A DNA stretch of 64,000 nucleotides from Chloroflexota bacterium (GTDB lineage: Bacteria > Chloroflexota > UBA11872 > VXOZ01): assembly GCA_963663275.1 (NCBI GenBank), contig OY760183.1, positions 2,144,001-2,208,000 on the forward strand, given 5' to 3'. The notes under the pieces were generated by a model. That model did no database searches and was not told the origin of the DNA. It saw only the letters and a program-made list of their open reading frames with translations. Each line of letters starts with the position of its first letter. Position 1 is the first letter of the stretch. The translations under genes and the position numbers were made by a program. Shown in pieces: positions 49,575 to 58,695 of this stretch.

Positions 49575-50323
49575 CCAACGGCAGCGCCCACGTGCCCGCT
49601 AGCGCGGATGCGCTGGGCGTGCGTGTGGACTGCGTCTCCATGTGCCAGGCGGTTGACCGTTGCGCGCAATTGCTCGACACGGCCGGCCACCACCAGGTGG
49701 TGACGCTCAACCCGGAGTTCGTGATGCACGCCCAGCGCGACGCGCCTTTCCGCGCGCTGGTGCGGGAGGCCGCCCTGGTGGTGCCGGACGGCGCGGGCAT
49801 CGTCTGGGCTTTGCGCCGCCAAGGCGTTGCCACCGTCGAGCGCGTGACGGGCATCGACTTGATGCGGGAGCTTTGCGCCCTTGCCGCGCAACAGAGGATG
49901 CCCGTCTTTCTGCTCGGCGCGGCGCCGGGGGTGGCGGCGCAAGCGGCGGATGCGTTGCGGCGGGAGTTTCCCGGCCTCACGGTCGCGGGCACGGCCGTCG
50001 GCGCGCCGGATCCGGCACAAGCGCCCGCGCTGTGCGCGCAGATCCGCGAATCGGGCGCGGCAGTCCTCTTCGTCGCCTTTGGCTGTCCCGCGCAGGATTC
50101 TTGGATTCAGCGGCACCAGCAAGAGTCCGGCGCGCGCCTGGCCATGGGCGTCGGCGGCAGTTTCGACTACATCTCCGGCAAGGTCGCGCGCGCCCCACTT
50201 TGGCTGCGCCGCGTGAATCTCGAGTGGCTCTTTCGTCTCGCGCGCCAGCCGTGGCGGTGGCGGCGGCAGCGCGTGCTCGTTGTGTACCTGTGGCGCGTGC
50301 TGCGCCAGCAAACGCCGCGTTAA
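49538..50323 (+). CDS. WecB/TagA/CpsF glycosyltransferase
   Basis: VTLNPE, VPDGAG, RVTGIDL, GVGGSFD, RAP..LEWLFRL; start uncertain. Confidence 0.9.
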   Translation: MDDIRADKTDRLANGSAHVPASADALGVRVDCVSMCQAVDRCAQLLDTAGHHQVVTLNPEFVMHAQRDAPFRALVREAALVVPDGAGIVWALRRQGVATVERVTGIDLMRELCALAAQQRMPVFLLGAAPGVAAQAADALRREFPGLTVAGTAVGAPDPAQAPALCAQIRESGAAVLFVAFGCPAQDSWIQRHQQESGARLAMGVGGSFDYISGKVARAPLWLRRVNLEWLFRLARQPWRWRRQRVLVVYLWRVLRQQTPR

Positions 50324-50487
50324 ACCCCATGAATTGACCCAATGAGTTGACCCAATGAACTCACCCAATGAACGGGGACAATTCTGCCGCACGACTCTCT
50401 CCCTCTCCCTGGGGAGCACGTCTCGTTCCCTCTTCCTGGGGAGCGCGTCTCGTTACCTCTCCCTGAGGAGAGGGTTAGGGTGAGGGG
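50324..50487. repeat. 4 x 13-bp tandem repeat followed by ~3 x 27-bp hairpin-derived repeats
   Basis: ACCC(A/C)ATGA.... at 50324, 50337, 50350, 50363; CCCTCTCCCTGGGGAG..GTCTCGTT units from 50401. Confidence 0.8.
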
Positions 50488-50606
50488 TAAATCTTCCCAA
50501 CGCTCCCCTCTTTGGAGATACAGTCGGCACGAAAGCCGGTTGCCGCTCAGGATGGGCGCAGGTTGCAAACCTTCCCTACTGAGGAGGTACGAACAAGAGG
50601 CGCATA

Positions 50607-51632
50607 GTGGCTGACACGAATGACAGCACCCGGATGAACGACCCGGCCGCTGACGGCGCGCGGCGCTATGACGTGCTGGTCGTCGGCAGCGTCAACACAG
50701 ACCTAGTGGTTTCCGTGCCGACGCTGCCGCAAGCCGGCGAAACCGTGCTGGGCGGCGACTTGCGGCGCATTGGCGGCGGCAAGGGCGCGAACCAAGCCGT
50801 AGCCGCCGCGCGGCTGAGAGCGCGCACGGTCATGATCGGCCGCGTTGGCGCCGACGCATTCGGCAAGGAACGCGTTAAGGAACTGAAGTCATACGGCGTG
50901 GCGGCCGGCGCAATCGTAGCGGACGACGCTCGGCCGACCGGCGCGGCGCTCATTCTTGTGGACGAAGAGGGCGAGAACGTCATTGCCGTCTCACCCGGCG
51001 CCAATGCGGCGCTCGCGCCGTCTCACGTGACGGACGCTTCTGCGCTCTTCGCGCAGGCGAGCGTGCTGGTTTGCCAACTTGAAGTACCCCTTAGAACCGT
51101 AGAAACCGCCTTGGCGCAGGCCCGTGCGCATGACGTGACAACCATCCTCAACGCCGCTCCCGGCAACCCGGAGGCGGCGCACCTGCTCGCGTCAACCGAT
51201 GTGTTGATCGTAAACCGGATCGAGGCCGCCAGCCTGACGGCGCATCCGGTAGAGTCAATAGCCGCCGCGCGCGCCGCCGCAGCAGCGCTTAGCGAGGAAG
51301 TCCGGCGCGCGGCAATCCTCACGCTGGGCGCGGAGGGCAGCATTGTCGCTGCGCACGGCAGTGTAGCTCACGTGCCGGCGTGGCGTGTAGACCCGGTTGA
51401 CGCTACCGCAGCCGGCGACGCCTTCGTCGGCGCACTGGCAGCGGCGCTCTCCGGTGGGGAGAAGCTAGCGGACGCCGCGCGCTTTGCCACCGCGGCCGCG
51501 GCGATCGCGGTGGGCCGGTTTGGCGCGCAACCCTCGTTGCCTACCCGCGCGGAAGTCGATTCCTCTCTCCAAGACCCTCCTGTTGCCGCGCACGCCACAA
51601 CCTGCCACGATGGGGAAGGCAACGACCCGTGA
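50607..51632 (+). CDS. rbsK: Ribokinase (PfkB family)
   Basis: VGSVNTD, GGKGANQA, CQLE, LNAAP, DATAAGDAF. Confidence 0.85.
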   Translation: MADTNDSTRMNDPAADGARRYDVLVVGSVNTDLVVSVPTLPQAGETVLGGDLRRIGGGKGANQAVAAARLRARTVMIGRVGADAFGKERVKELKSYGVAAGAIVADDARPTGAALILVDEEGENVIAVSPGANAALAPSHVTDASALFAQASVLVCQLEVPLRTVETALAQARAHDVTTILNAAPGNPEAAHLLASTDVLIVNRIEAASLTAHPVESIAAARAAAAALSEEVRRAAILTLGAEGSIVAAHGSVAHVPAWRVDPVDATAAGDAFVGALAAALSGGEKLADAARFATAAAAIAVGRFGAQPSLPTRAEVDSSLQDPPVAAHATTCHDGEGNDP

Positions 51633-52696
51633 GCCGCAACACCGGAGGCGCAGCGATGCGCACACGTTCCTGGCACGACGCGCTGGCGCGCTTTACCGCC
51701 CAGCGCATCCTCGTCATCGGCGACATGGTGGCCGACGAGCACATCTTCACCCGCGCCAGCGGCATGTCGCGTGAAGCGCCGCTGCCGGTCTTGCACTATG
51801 TTGACCGCAAACTGGTGCCCGGCGGCGCCACCAACGTCGCCCGCAACGCCCGGGCGCTCGGCGCGGAGGTCTGGGTCACGGGCGTTATCGGGGACGACGG
51901 CATCGGCCATGACCTGCGCCGCATGCTTGAAGACGACGGCGTTCACTGTGATGACCTCCTTGCCGCCAACGACCGCGCGACCTCGACCAAGACCCGCATC
52001 TGGGCCGGCGGCGACCAGCAGCCCGTGCAGCAGCAGGTCTGCCGCTTGGATCGCGTCGAGCGCGTACCCGTTTCGCCGGAGCTCTGCCAGCAGGTCATAG
52101 CCGGGCTTACCCGCCGCATTCCCCAGGTAGACGCCGTCATCGTCGCCGACTACGAGATCAGCATGATCGACGATGCCGTCATTGAGACCGTCCTGCGCCG
52201 CGCCCGCGCCGAACACAAACCGGTCACGGTAGACTCCCACGGCAACCTGACGCGCTTTCCGGGGGCCGACACGTTCACGCCGAACCAGCCGGAAGTGGAG
52301 TTCACGCTGGGGCGCGCGTTGCAATCGCAAGAAGCGTTAGAATCGGCCGGCGCGGAGTTGCTCAAGCGGCTTGAAACCACGGCGCTGCTCATCACGCGCG
52401 GCAGCGAGGGCATGTCGCTCTTTTCCGCCGGCGCCGCGCCCTACCACATACCGGCGTTGGGCGACGACCGCGTGATCGACCCCACCGGAGCCGGCGATAC
52501 CGTTTCAGCCGTGCTCACGCTGGCGCTGCTCGCTGGTCTGCCGCCCCCCCGCGCTGCTATGATGGCAGCGGCAGCGGCGAGCATCGTCGTGCGCAAACTC
52601 GGCGCGGACGTTGCTACTCCCGCCGAGATCCTGGCCGTGTTGGCATCCACAGAAAGCCAAGAGCAAGAGCGTGACCGCACGGAAAGTCCTGACTGA
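51629..52696 (+). CDS. Heptose-7-phosphate kinase-like (HldA / RfaE domain I)
   Basis: LVIGDMVADE, SREAP.PV, PGGATNVARN, TKTR, TPNQPE, DPTGAGDTV; start may be 51656. Confidence 0.85.
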   Translation: MSRNTGGAAMRTRSWHDALARFTAQRILVIGDMVADEHIFTRASGMSREAPLPVLHYVDRKLVPGGATNVARNARALGAEVWVTGVIGDDGIGHDLRRMLEDDGVHCDDLLAANDRATSTKTRIWAGGDQQPVQQQVCRLDRVERVPVSPELCQQVIAGLTRRIPQVDAVIVADYEISMIDDAVIETVLRRARAEHKPVTVDSHGNLTRFPGADTFTPNQPEVEFTLGRALQSQEALESAGAELLKRLETTALLITRGSEGMSLFSAGAAPYHIPALGDDRVIDPTGAGDTVSAVLTLALLAGLPPPRAAMMAAAAASIVVRKLGADVATPAEILAVLASTESQEQERDRTESPD

Positions 52697-53156
52697 AAAG
52701 GCGCTCCGCGACCGCTGCAGCGCCTCAAAACGGCGCGGCCAGACGATCGTCTTCACCAACGGCTGCTTCGACGTGCTGCATCCCGGACACGTCGTCTATC
52801 TCGAGGCGGCGCGGGCGCTGGGTGACGTGCTGATGGTCGCCGTGAACAGCGATCGCTCCGTGCGGTCTTTGAAAGGGCCGGCGCGGCCCATCACGCCGGC
52901 GTGGGACCGGGCGCGCGTGCTGGCGGCGCTGGCCTGCGTGGATTGCGTTACGGTGTTCGACGACAGCACGGCCAAGAGACTTCTGGGAACGGTGCAGCCG
53001 GACATCTACGTCAAAGGCGGCGACTACCTGGAATCCGAGCCGGTGGAAGCCGCCGTCGTCAGAGCCTATGGCGGCAGCGTACGCATTCTGCCGTTCACCC
53101 CCGGCTACAGCACGACGGCCCTGGTGCGGCGTATCGTTGCCGGCGAGCAATCCTAG
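52671..53156 (+). CDS. Heptose-1-phosphate nucleotidyltransferase-like (HldC / RfaE domain II)
   Basis: FTNGCFDVLHPGH, NSDRSVRSLKGP.RP, YVKGGDY, GYSTT. Confidence 0.88.
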   Translation: MTARKVLTEKALRDRCSASKRRGQTIVFTNGCFDVLHPGHVVYLEAARALGDVLMVAVNSDRSVRSLKGPARPITPAWDRARVLAALACVDCVTVFDDSTAKRLLGTVQPDIYVKGGDYLESEPVEAAVVRAYGGSVRILPFTPGYSTTALVRRIVAGEQS

Positions 53157-53198
53157 CGGCTCCATTTCCGTCATACCATTCAAGGAGGAGAACACACC

Positions 53199-53657
53199 GT
53201 GGCGCAACGCACCCTCATCATCGTCAAGCCCGACGGCGTGCAACGCGGACTGGTCGGCGAAATCCTGGGCCGCTGCGAACGGCGCGGCCTCAAGATTGTC
53301 GGCCTCAAGCTCATGGCGATCGACCGGGCTCTCGCCGAGACGCATTACGCTGTGCACAAAGACAAGCCGTTCTTCAGCGACTTGATCGAATTCATCACCG
53401 CCAGCCCGGTCGTCTGCTCCGTGGTGGAGGGGCCGGAAGCGATCGGCCTCGTCAGGATGCTGGTGGGCGCCACCAGGTTCACCGAGGCCGCGCCCGGCTC
53501 GATCCGGGGTGACTTCGCCCTGGACCTCACAATGAATCTCATCCACGCTTCCGACGCGCCTGAAACGGCGGAGAAAGAGGTCGAACTCTTCTTTCAGCCA
53601 GGTGAACTCGTAGACTACGCGCGGGAGGGCGATCGCTGGATAACGAGTGAGGAGTAA
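53199..53657 (+). CDS. ndk: Nucleoside diphosphate kinase
   Basis: RTLIIVKPDGVQR, PGSIRGDF, NLIHASD. Confidence 0.97.
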   Translation: MAQRTLIIVKPDGVQRGLVGEILGRCERRGLKIVGLKLMAIDRALAETHYAVHKDKPFFSDLIEFITASPVVCSVVEGPEAIGLVRMLVGATRFTEAAPGSIRGDFALDLTMNLIHASDAPETAEKEVELFFQPGELVDYAREGDRWITSEE

Positions 53658-53661
53658 GACC

Positions 53662-55074
53662 ATGAAAGATCAGCGACCGAACATCATACTCTACACCACC
53701 GACCAGCATCGGGGCGGCCATCTCGGCATCGCCGGACACCCGGTGATCGAAACGCCCAACGTGGACGCATTCGTCGAGCACGGGGCCTACTTCCCCAACG
53801 CCTACACGGAGATTCCCTCCACCACCGGCGCGCGGCGCTGCCTCCACGGCGGCCAGCGCAGCTATGACTGCGGCCTGGTCGGCTATTCGGCCGCCGAGTG
53901 GCACGAGCCGAACACGCTGGCGGCGGTGCTTGCCGACGCCGGGTATCACTGCATCAACGTGGGCTGGCGCAACATGCACCCGCGCCGCAAGCTCTACGGC
54001 TTTCACACCGTAATCCCCCACGATCTGCGCCAGGGAGATGACGATTACTGGGAATGGCTGTGCGAGGAGCTTGGCCCCTTTGCCCACGAGCGCATCGCCG
54101 GCTCCGACGCCAACGGCTGGCTGGGACGGCCCTGGGCCTACGAGGAGCGCTACCACGCCACCAATTGGACGGTGGATGTCACCATAGAACAGATCAAGAA
54201 GCGCGATCCCACCCGTCCCGTCTTCGTTTGGTGTTCGCACCTCCGGCCGCACTCGCCCTACGACCCGCCGCAGTTCTTCTGGGACATGTACATCAATCGG
54301 CAATTGCCGGAGGTTCCCGTGGGTGATTGGGCCGAGCGGTACAACGTGCCCCAGCCCAGCCTGCCCCGCCAAGCGTGGCACGGTCGTCTGACCGACGAAC
54401 AACTGCAGCGCATGCGCGCGGCCTACATGGGCTGCATCAGCCATATAGACTATCAACTCGGCTATCTGTTGGAATTGGTCCAAGGAGAACTGGATCGCAA
54501 TTTGATGATGGTCTTCACGGCTGACCACGGCGACATGATGGGCGACCACAACCTGCTGCGCAAGACGTATGCCTACGAGGGTTCGGCGCGCATTCCGTTC
54601 GTTGTCAAGTATCCGCGCAGCCTCGATGCGCCGTCGGGCACGTTCGACCATCCGGTCGGTTTGCAGGACGTGATGCCGACGATTCTCGAGGCGACCGGCA
54701 CGCCCATTCCCGACTCCGTCACCGGCACGAGCGTCCTGAAGGCGGCGCGCGGCGAACCGTGGCGCGAATACGTTCACGGCGAGCACTCGCCCTGCTACAG
54801 CGCCGATAACGCGGTGCAGTACCTCACCGACGGCAAGGAAAAGTACCTCTGGTATCCGGTGCGCGGCGAGGAGCAGTTCTTCGATTTGGCGCACGACCGC
54901 CAGGAACTTTACGATAGATCCGGCGATCCGGCTTATGCCGACCGCGTAGCCCTGTGGCGCAACCGCCTGATCGCCCTACTGGGTGAACGCGGCGACGGCT
55001 TCTCCGACGGCGAAACGCTGCTCGTGCGTCCCGAGGGTTACGGCCCGCAGGCAGTGCGGCCTGAGGCGGTCTGA
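53662..55074 (+). CDS. Sulfatase-like hydrolase with non-canonical nucleophile motif
   Basis: RPNIILYTTDQH, TPNVD, RPHSPYD, FTADHGD, K..AYEGS.RIP; TTGAR instead of (C/S)xPxR. Confidence 0.85.
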   Translation: MKDQRPNIILYTTDQHRGGHLGIAGHPVIETPNVDAFVEHGAYFPNAYTEIPSTTGARRCLHGGQRSYDCGLVGYSAAEWHEPNTLAAVLADAGYHCINVGWRNMHPRRKLYGFHTVIPHDLRQGDDDYWEWLCEELGPFAHERIAGSDANGWLGRPWAYEERYHATNWTVDVTIEQIKKRDPTRPVFVWCSHLRPHSPYDPPQFFWDMYINRQLPEVPVGDWAERYNVPQPSLPRQAWHGRLTDEQLQRMRAAYMGCISHIDYQLGYLLELVQGELDRNLMMVFTADHGDMMGDHNLLRKTYAYEGSARIPFVVKYPRSLDAPSGTFDHPVGLQDVMPTILEATGTPIPDSVTGTSVLKAARGEPWREYVHGEHSPCYSADNAVQYLTDGKEKYLWYPVRGEEQFFDLAHDRQELYDRSGDPAYADRVALWRNRLIALLGERGDGFSDGETLLVRPEGYGPQAVRPEAV

Positions 55075-55233
55075 GCGCAGTATCCAAAAGACCGATTGTG
55101 GAAACCAAACTGCCAGGTGAAAAACTTCCTCTCCCTGGGGAGAACCGGTAGGCGAGAAGACTCCCTTTCTCTGGGAAGCGGGCCGGGCTTTGGGTGGCAC
55201 TTTTCCGCATTAGAACTCCCTCTCCCTGGGGAG

Positions 55234-56499
55234 TGTACAGTCCGGGGACATGGGTAACAGTTATTCAGGGAGATAGGTTACACATTTTGTTCACTGAGGT
55301 CTACCGTTCTTATCGGATTGACAGCGAAGTATACGTTCCAGACGCCGTCGGTTTGCGTGGGTCGCAGGGCGACGCGGGTGTGGGCGAAAGCTCGCCCCAC
55401 GCGGAGGGTCTTGCCCTGGAACGAGATGCGGCCGCTGACGTCGACGGCGCGCACCTGGTCGTCGGGAGCGTAGGTGATGGGGGGCAGCGTTTCGGGAAAG
55501 GGCTGTGGACTGGGCGTGTACCGGCTGACGGGCGTGTTGAGCGTGAGGGCGTGGTGCGGGCGTTCCCGGTTGTAGAAGTGCCGCCAAGCGTCGAAGGCGC
55601 GCTGGCAGTGCTCCAGGTTGGTGAAGGTGCGACCGGCCAGGACTTCGCTTTTCAGGGAGCGGTGGAAGCGTTCCAGCTTGCCGAGGGTCTGGGGATGGTA
55701 GGGACGGCTGTGAAGCACCTTGATGCCCAGGCGCATGAGCCAGACGGTGAGCGGCGTGAAGGGATGGGCGCTGTCGTTGCCCCAGGGGGCGCCGTTGTCC
55801 ATGAGCATGGCCGCAGGCAGGCCGTAGCGCCGAAAGACGCGGGTGAGGCGCTCCTGGACGGTCTGACCCCGCTCGTCGGCGCAGGCCTCCACAGCCAGGT
55901 TGTAGCGGGAATGGTCGTCGAGCACGGTGAGCGGATGGCAGCGGTCGCGAGACATGGCGAAATGCCCCTTGAAGTCCATCTGCCAGAGTTCGTTGGGCAG
56001 CGGGCGCTCAAAGCGAATGAAGGGCATGCGCTTGGCGCTCTCGGCCGGGTCGATCAACCCGTGGCGCTTGAGAATGGCGTTGATGGTGCTCCTGGCGGGC
56101 ACGTCGGCGTAGCCGCGGTTCCGCAGCATCCGGCCCAGCGCGTCCGCGCCCTTCCCCGGATGTGCCAGGCGCAAGGCGATGATGTGCCGCTCCATCTCTG
56201 GACGCGTGCGCTGTGGGCTGGTGTGCGGACGCCGCGACCGGTCCCCCAGGTTCTCCATCCCGCCCTGCCTGTAGCGCGTGCGCCACTTGTAGCCGGTCTT
56301 GCGGCTGATGCCCATACGCTTGCACAGTGCGCTCATGCTCACCTCACCCGTCAGCATCACGGCTATAAACTCTTCCCGCTCAGACATAGGTGTACTCACT
56401 TTCCACGACATGGTCGTCCTCCTCTAGTGACGAATTCCCATGCCTTATGGTGTAACCTATGTCCCTGAAAATGTGTTACCTATGTCCCCGGGCTCTACA
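55234..56499 (-). mobile_element. IS481 family insertion sequence
   Basis: TGT...ACA ends, 26-bp TIRs with 3 mismatches, 5-bp duplication GGGAG. Confidence 0.92.
55278..56411 (-). CDS. IS481 family transposase
   Basis: HTH GISRKTGYKW, WQMDFKG, DDHSR, DNG.PW, HPQT.GK.ERFH. Confidence 0.93.
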   Translation of the reverse strand: MSWKVSTPMSEREEFIAVMLTGEVSMSALCKRMGISRKTGYKWRTRYRQGGMENLGDRSRRPHTSPQRTRPEMERHIIALRLAHPGKGADALGRMLRNRGYADVPARSTINAILKRHGLIDPAESAKRMPFIRFERPLPNELWQMDFKGHFAMSRDRCHPLTVLDDHSRYNLAVEACADERGQTVQERLTRVFRRYGLPAAMLMDNGAPWGNDSAHPFTPLTVWLMRLGIKVLHSRPYHPQTLGKLERFHRSLKSEVLAGRTFTNLEHCQRAFDAWRHFYNRERPHHALTLNTPVSRYTPSPQPFPETLPPITYAPDDQVRAVDVSGRISFQGKTLRVGRAFAHTRVALRPTQTDGVWNVYFAVNPIRTVDLSEQNV

Positions 56500-56606
56500 G
56501 GGAGAGGGCCGGGGTGAGGGGAGAATGAACGCCGATTCAGCCCCTTGCCGCAAGACTTGGGCTATGATTCGCTGCAAATCCCCCCTCACCCTAACCCTCT
56601 CCCCCA

Positions 56607-56748
56607 GGAGACCTTTGCATAACTCTGTCATTCCGGCGAAAGCCGGAATCCAGACCGCATTTACAACTAAAAATAGCCTGTTTTCAATCCTTTGCACCCC
56701 CATCCCAACCTTCCCCCTCGATGGGGAAGGGGTTATGCAAAGGTCTCC
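56607..56748. mobile_element. 142-bp MITE with IS5/IS1106-like ends
   Basis: Perfect TIRs GGAGACCTTTGCATAAC / GTTATGCAAAGGTCTCC, duplication CCA/CCA in the loop of a CCCTCTCCC/GGGAGAGGG hairpin. Confidence 0.85.
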
Positions 56749-56919
56749 CCAGGGAGAGGGAACAAATCGCCTTTTAGCGAGGTTTCACCAAGGTCTTCCC
56801 CCTGGGAGGCGGCCGGCCTGGCAGTGAAGACACAGCAAGACCGCGCTATACTGGGTGTGCGCAATGCAACCGGACGCGAGCGCAACCGCATTCGGGCCGA
56901 TACACGGAGGTTCCGCCAG

Positions 56920-58695
56920 ATGGCCGCCACAGCCGCATTCGACCCCATCACCTTCGAAGTCGTGCGCCACGCGCTGACCGAGGCTACCGAGGAGATGGCG
57001 GTCGCCCTCCGCCGCAGCGCCTATTCGACCAACATCAAGACCCGCGCCGACTTCTCCTGCGCGTTCTTCGACCGCGATCTGAACGTGGTGGCGCAGGCGT
57101 TCTGCCAGGCGGTGCATCTTGGATCGCTGGTGCACCTGGCGCCGATTGCCGTGCGCGCCTACGGCCCGGAGAACCTCGGCCCGGGCGACGCCATTCTCTG
57201 CAACGACCCCTATCTCGGCGGCGTGCACCTCAACGACATCAGCCTCATTTCGCCGGTCTACTGCGACGGCGACCTCTTTGGCTACGTGGCGAACATGGCG
57301 CACCACGTGGACGTAGGCGGCGGCGCGCCGGCCAGTGTGGGCGCGTTCCGCGAGGTCTACCAGGAAGGCGTCATCATCCCGCCGGTAAAGTTGGTGGCAG
57401 GCGGTGAGATCGTGGAGGACGTGTTCCGCCTCATCCTGGGGCAAATCCGCTCCAAACGCGAGACCGCCGGTGACTTTCGCGCCCAGATGGCCGCCAACGC
57501 CACCGGCGCGCGCCGCCTCGCCGAGCTTACGCGGCAGACCGGCATCGAAACCGTCAATCGCTACATCGAGGAATTGACGGCCTATGCCGAGCGGCGCACC
57601 CGCGCCGAAATCGCCAAACTGCCGCAAGGCGAATTCACCGCCGAGGGCTACGTGGACACCGACGGCTATACCGACCAGCCGGTGCGCCTGGCCGCCAGAA
57701 TTCGCATCGACGATGACGGCGTGCTCTTCGACCTCGACGGCTGCGACCCGCAGCGGCGCGCGCCGGTGAACTCCACCTTTGCCCAGACGTATTCCGCCTG
57801 CGCCTACAATCTGAAGTGCCTTATCGATCCCGACATTCCGCCGAACCAGGGTTTCTATCGCTTCGTGCGCATTGACGCGCCGGAGGGCACGGTGGTCAAC
57901 TGCCGGCCGCCCGCGCCGGTGGTGGGCGGCTGGGAAACCCACGCGCGCCTTAACGACGTTATCTTCAAGGCGCTGGCGTCTGCGCTGCCGGAGCGCGTGC
58001 CCGCGGGCGGCAAGGCGATGCAGTGCCATGCCGGGTTCGGCGGCATCGACCCGCGCAACGGCGAGTACTACTGCTTCCTGGAGACCCTGGCCGGCGGCTA
58101 CGGCGGACGCGCCCGCAGCGACGGCCCGGACGCGGTGCAAACTCACGGCCAGAACACCGAGAACGCGCCCATTGAAGAGACGGAACGCTACTATCCGGTG
58201 CGCATCCTGCGCTACGAGTTGGTGGACGACTCGGAAGGGCCGGGCACGTACCGCGGCGGACTGGGCCTGCGCCGCGATTACGTCTTTCCCGATCACGAGG
58301 TCACCTTCACCGTGCTCGCCGACAGAGATAAGGAGGGCCCGTGGGGCCTCTTTGGCGGTGAAGCCGGCCGTCCGGCCTTCTACCTGCATACGCGCGACGG
58401 CGAGACGGAATACTTGAGTTCCAAGACAACGCTGGACGTGCTTCCCGGGGAGGTGATTCGCTACGAGACCTGCGGCGGCGGAGGCTTCGGCCCGCCTGAG
58501 TTGCGCGATCCGCAACTGGTGCTGCGCGACGCGCGCCAAGGCAAAGTCAGCGTGGAGCGCGCGCGTACGGTCTATGGCGTGGCCGTGGACCCGGAGAAGT
58601 GGGAAGTAGACAGCGCCGCTACCCAGGCATTGCGAGAAACGACGCGCGCCAACGAAAGCGGTTCAGAAGGAAACGGAACGGGGAGCGGGCTGTGA
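56920..58695 (+). CDS. Hydantoinase B/oxoprolinase family
   Basis: DPITFEV, EEM, DFSCA, NDPY.GGVHLND, HHVDVGG, GTYRGG. Confidence 0.9.
   Translation: MAATAAFDPITFEVVRHALTEATEEMAVALRRSAYSTNIKTRADFSCAFFDRDLNVVAQAFCQAVHLGSLVHLAPIAVRAYGPENLGPGDAILCNDPYLGGVHLNDISLISPVYCDGDLFGYVANMAHHVDVGGGAPASVGAFREVYQEGVIIPPVKLVAGGEIVEDVFRLILGQIRSKRETAGDFRAQMAANATGARRLAELTRQTGIETVNRYIEELTAYAERRTRAEIAKLPQGEFTAEGYVDTDGYTDQPVRLAARIRIDDDGVLFDLDGCDPQRRAPVNSTFAQTYSACAYNLKCLIDPDIPPNQGFYRFVRIDAPEGTVVNCRPPAPVVGGWETHARLNDVIFKALASALPERVPAGGKAMQCHAGFGGIDPRNGEYYCFLETLAGGYGGRARSDGPDAVQTHGQNTENAPIEETERYYPVRILRYELVDDSEGPGTYRGGLGLRRDYVFPDHEVTFTVLADRDKEGPWGLFGGEAGRPAFYLHTRDGETEYLSSKTTLDVLPGEVIRYETCGGGGFGPPELRDPQLVLRDARQGKVSVERARTVYGVAVDPEKWEVDSAATQALRETTRANESGSEGNGTGSGL

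Noticed and set aside
50324-50487. Possible mini-CRISPR
   Set aside because: Repeats are directly tandem with no spacers
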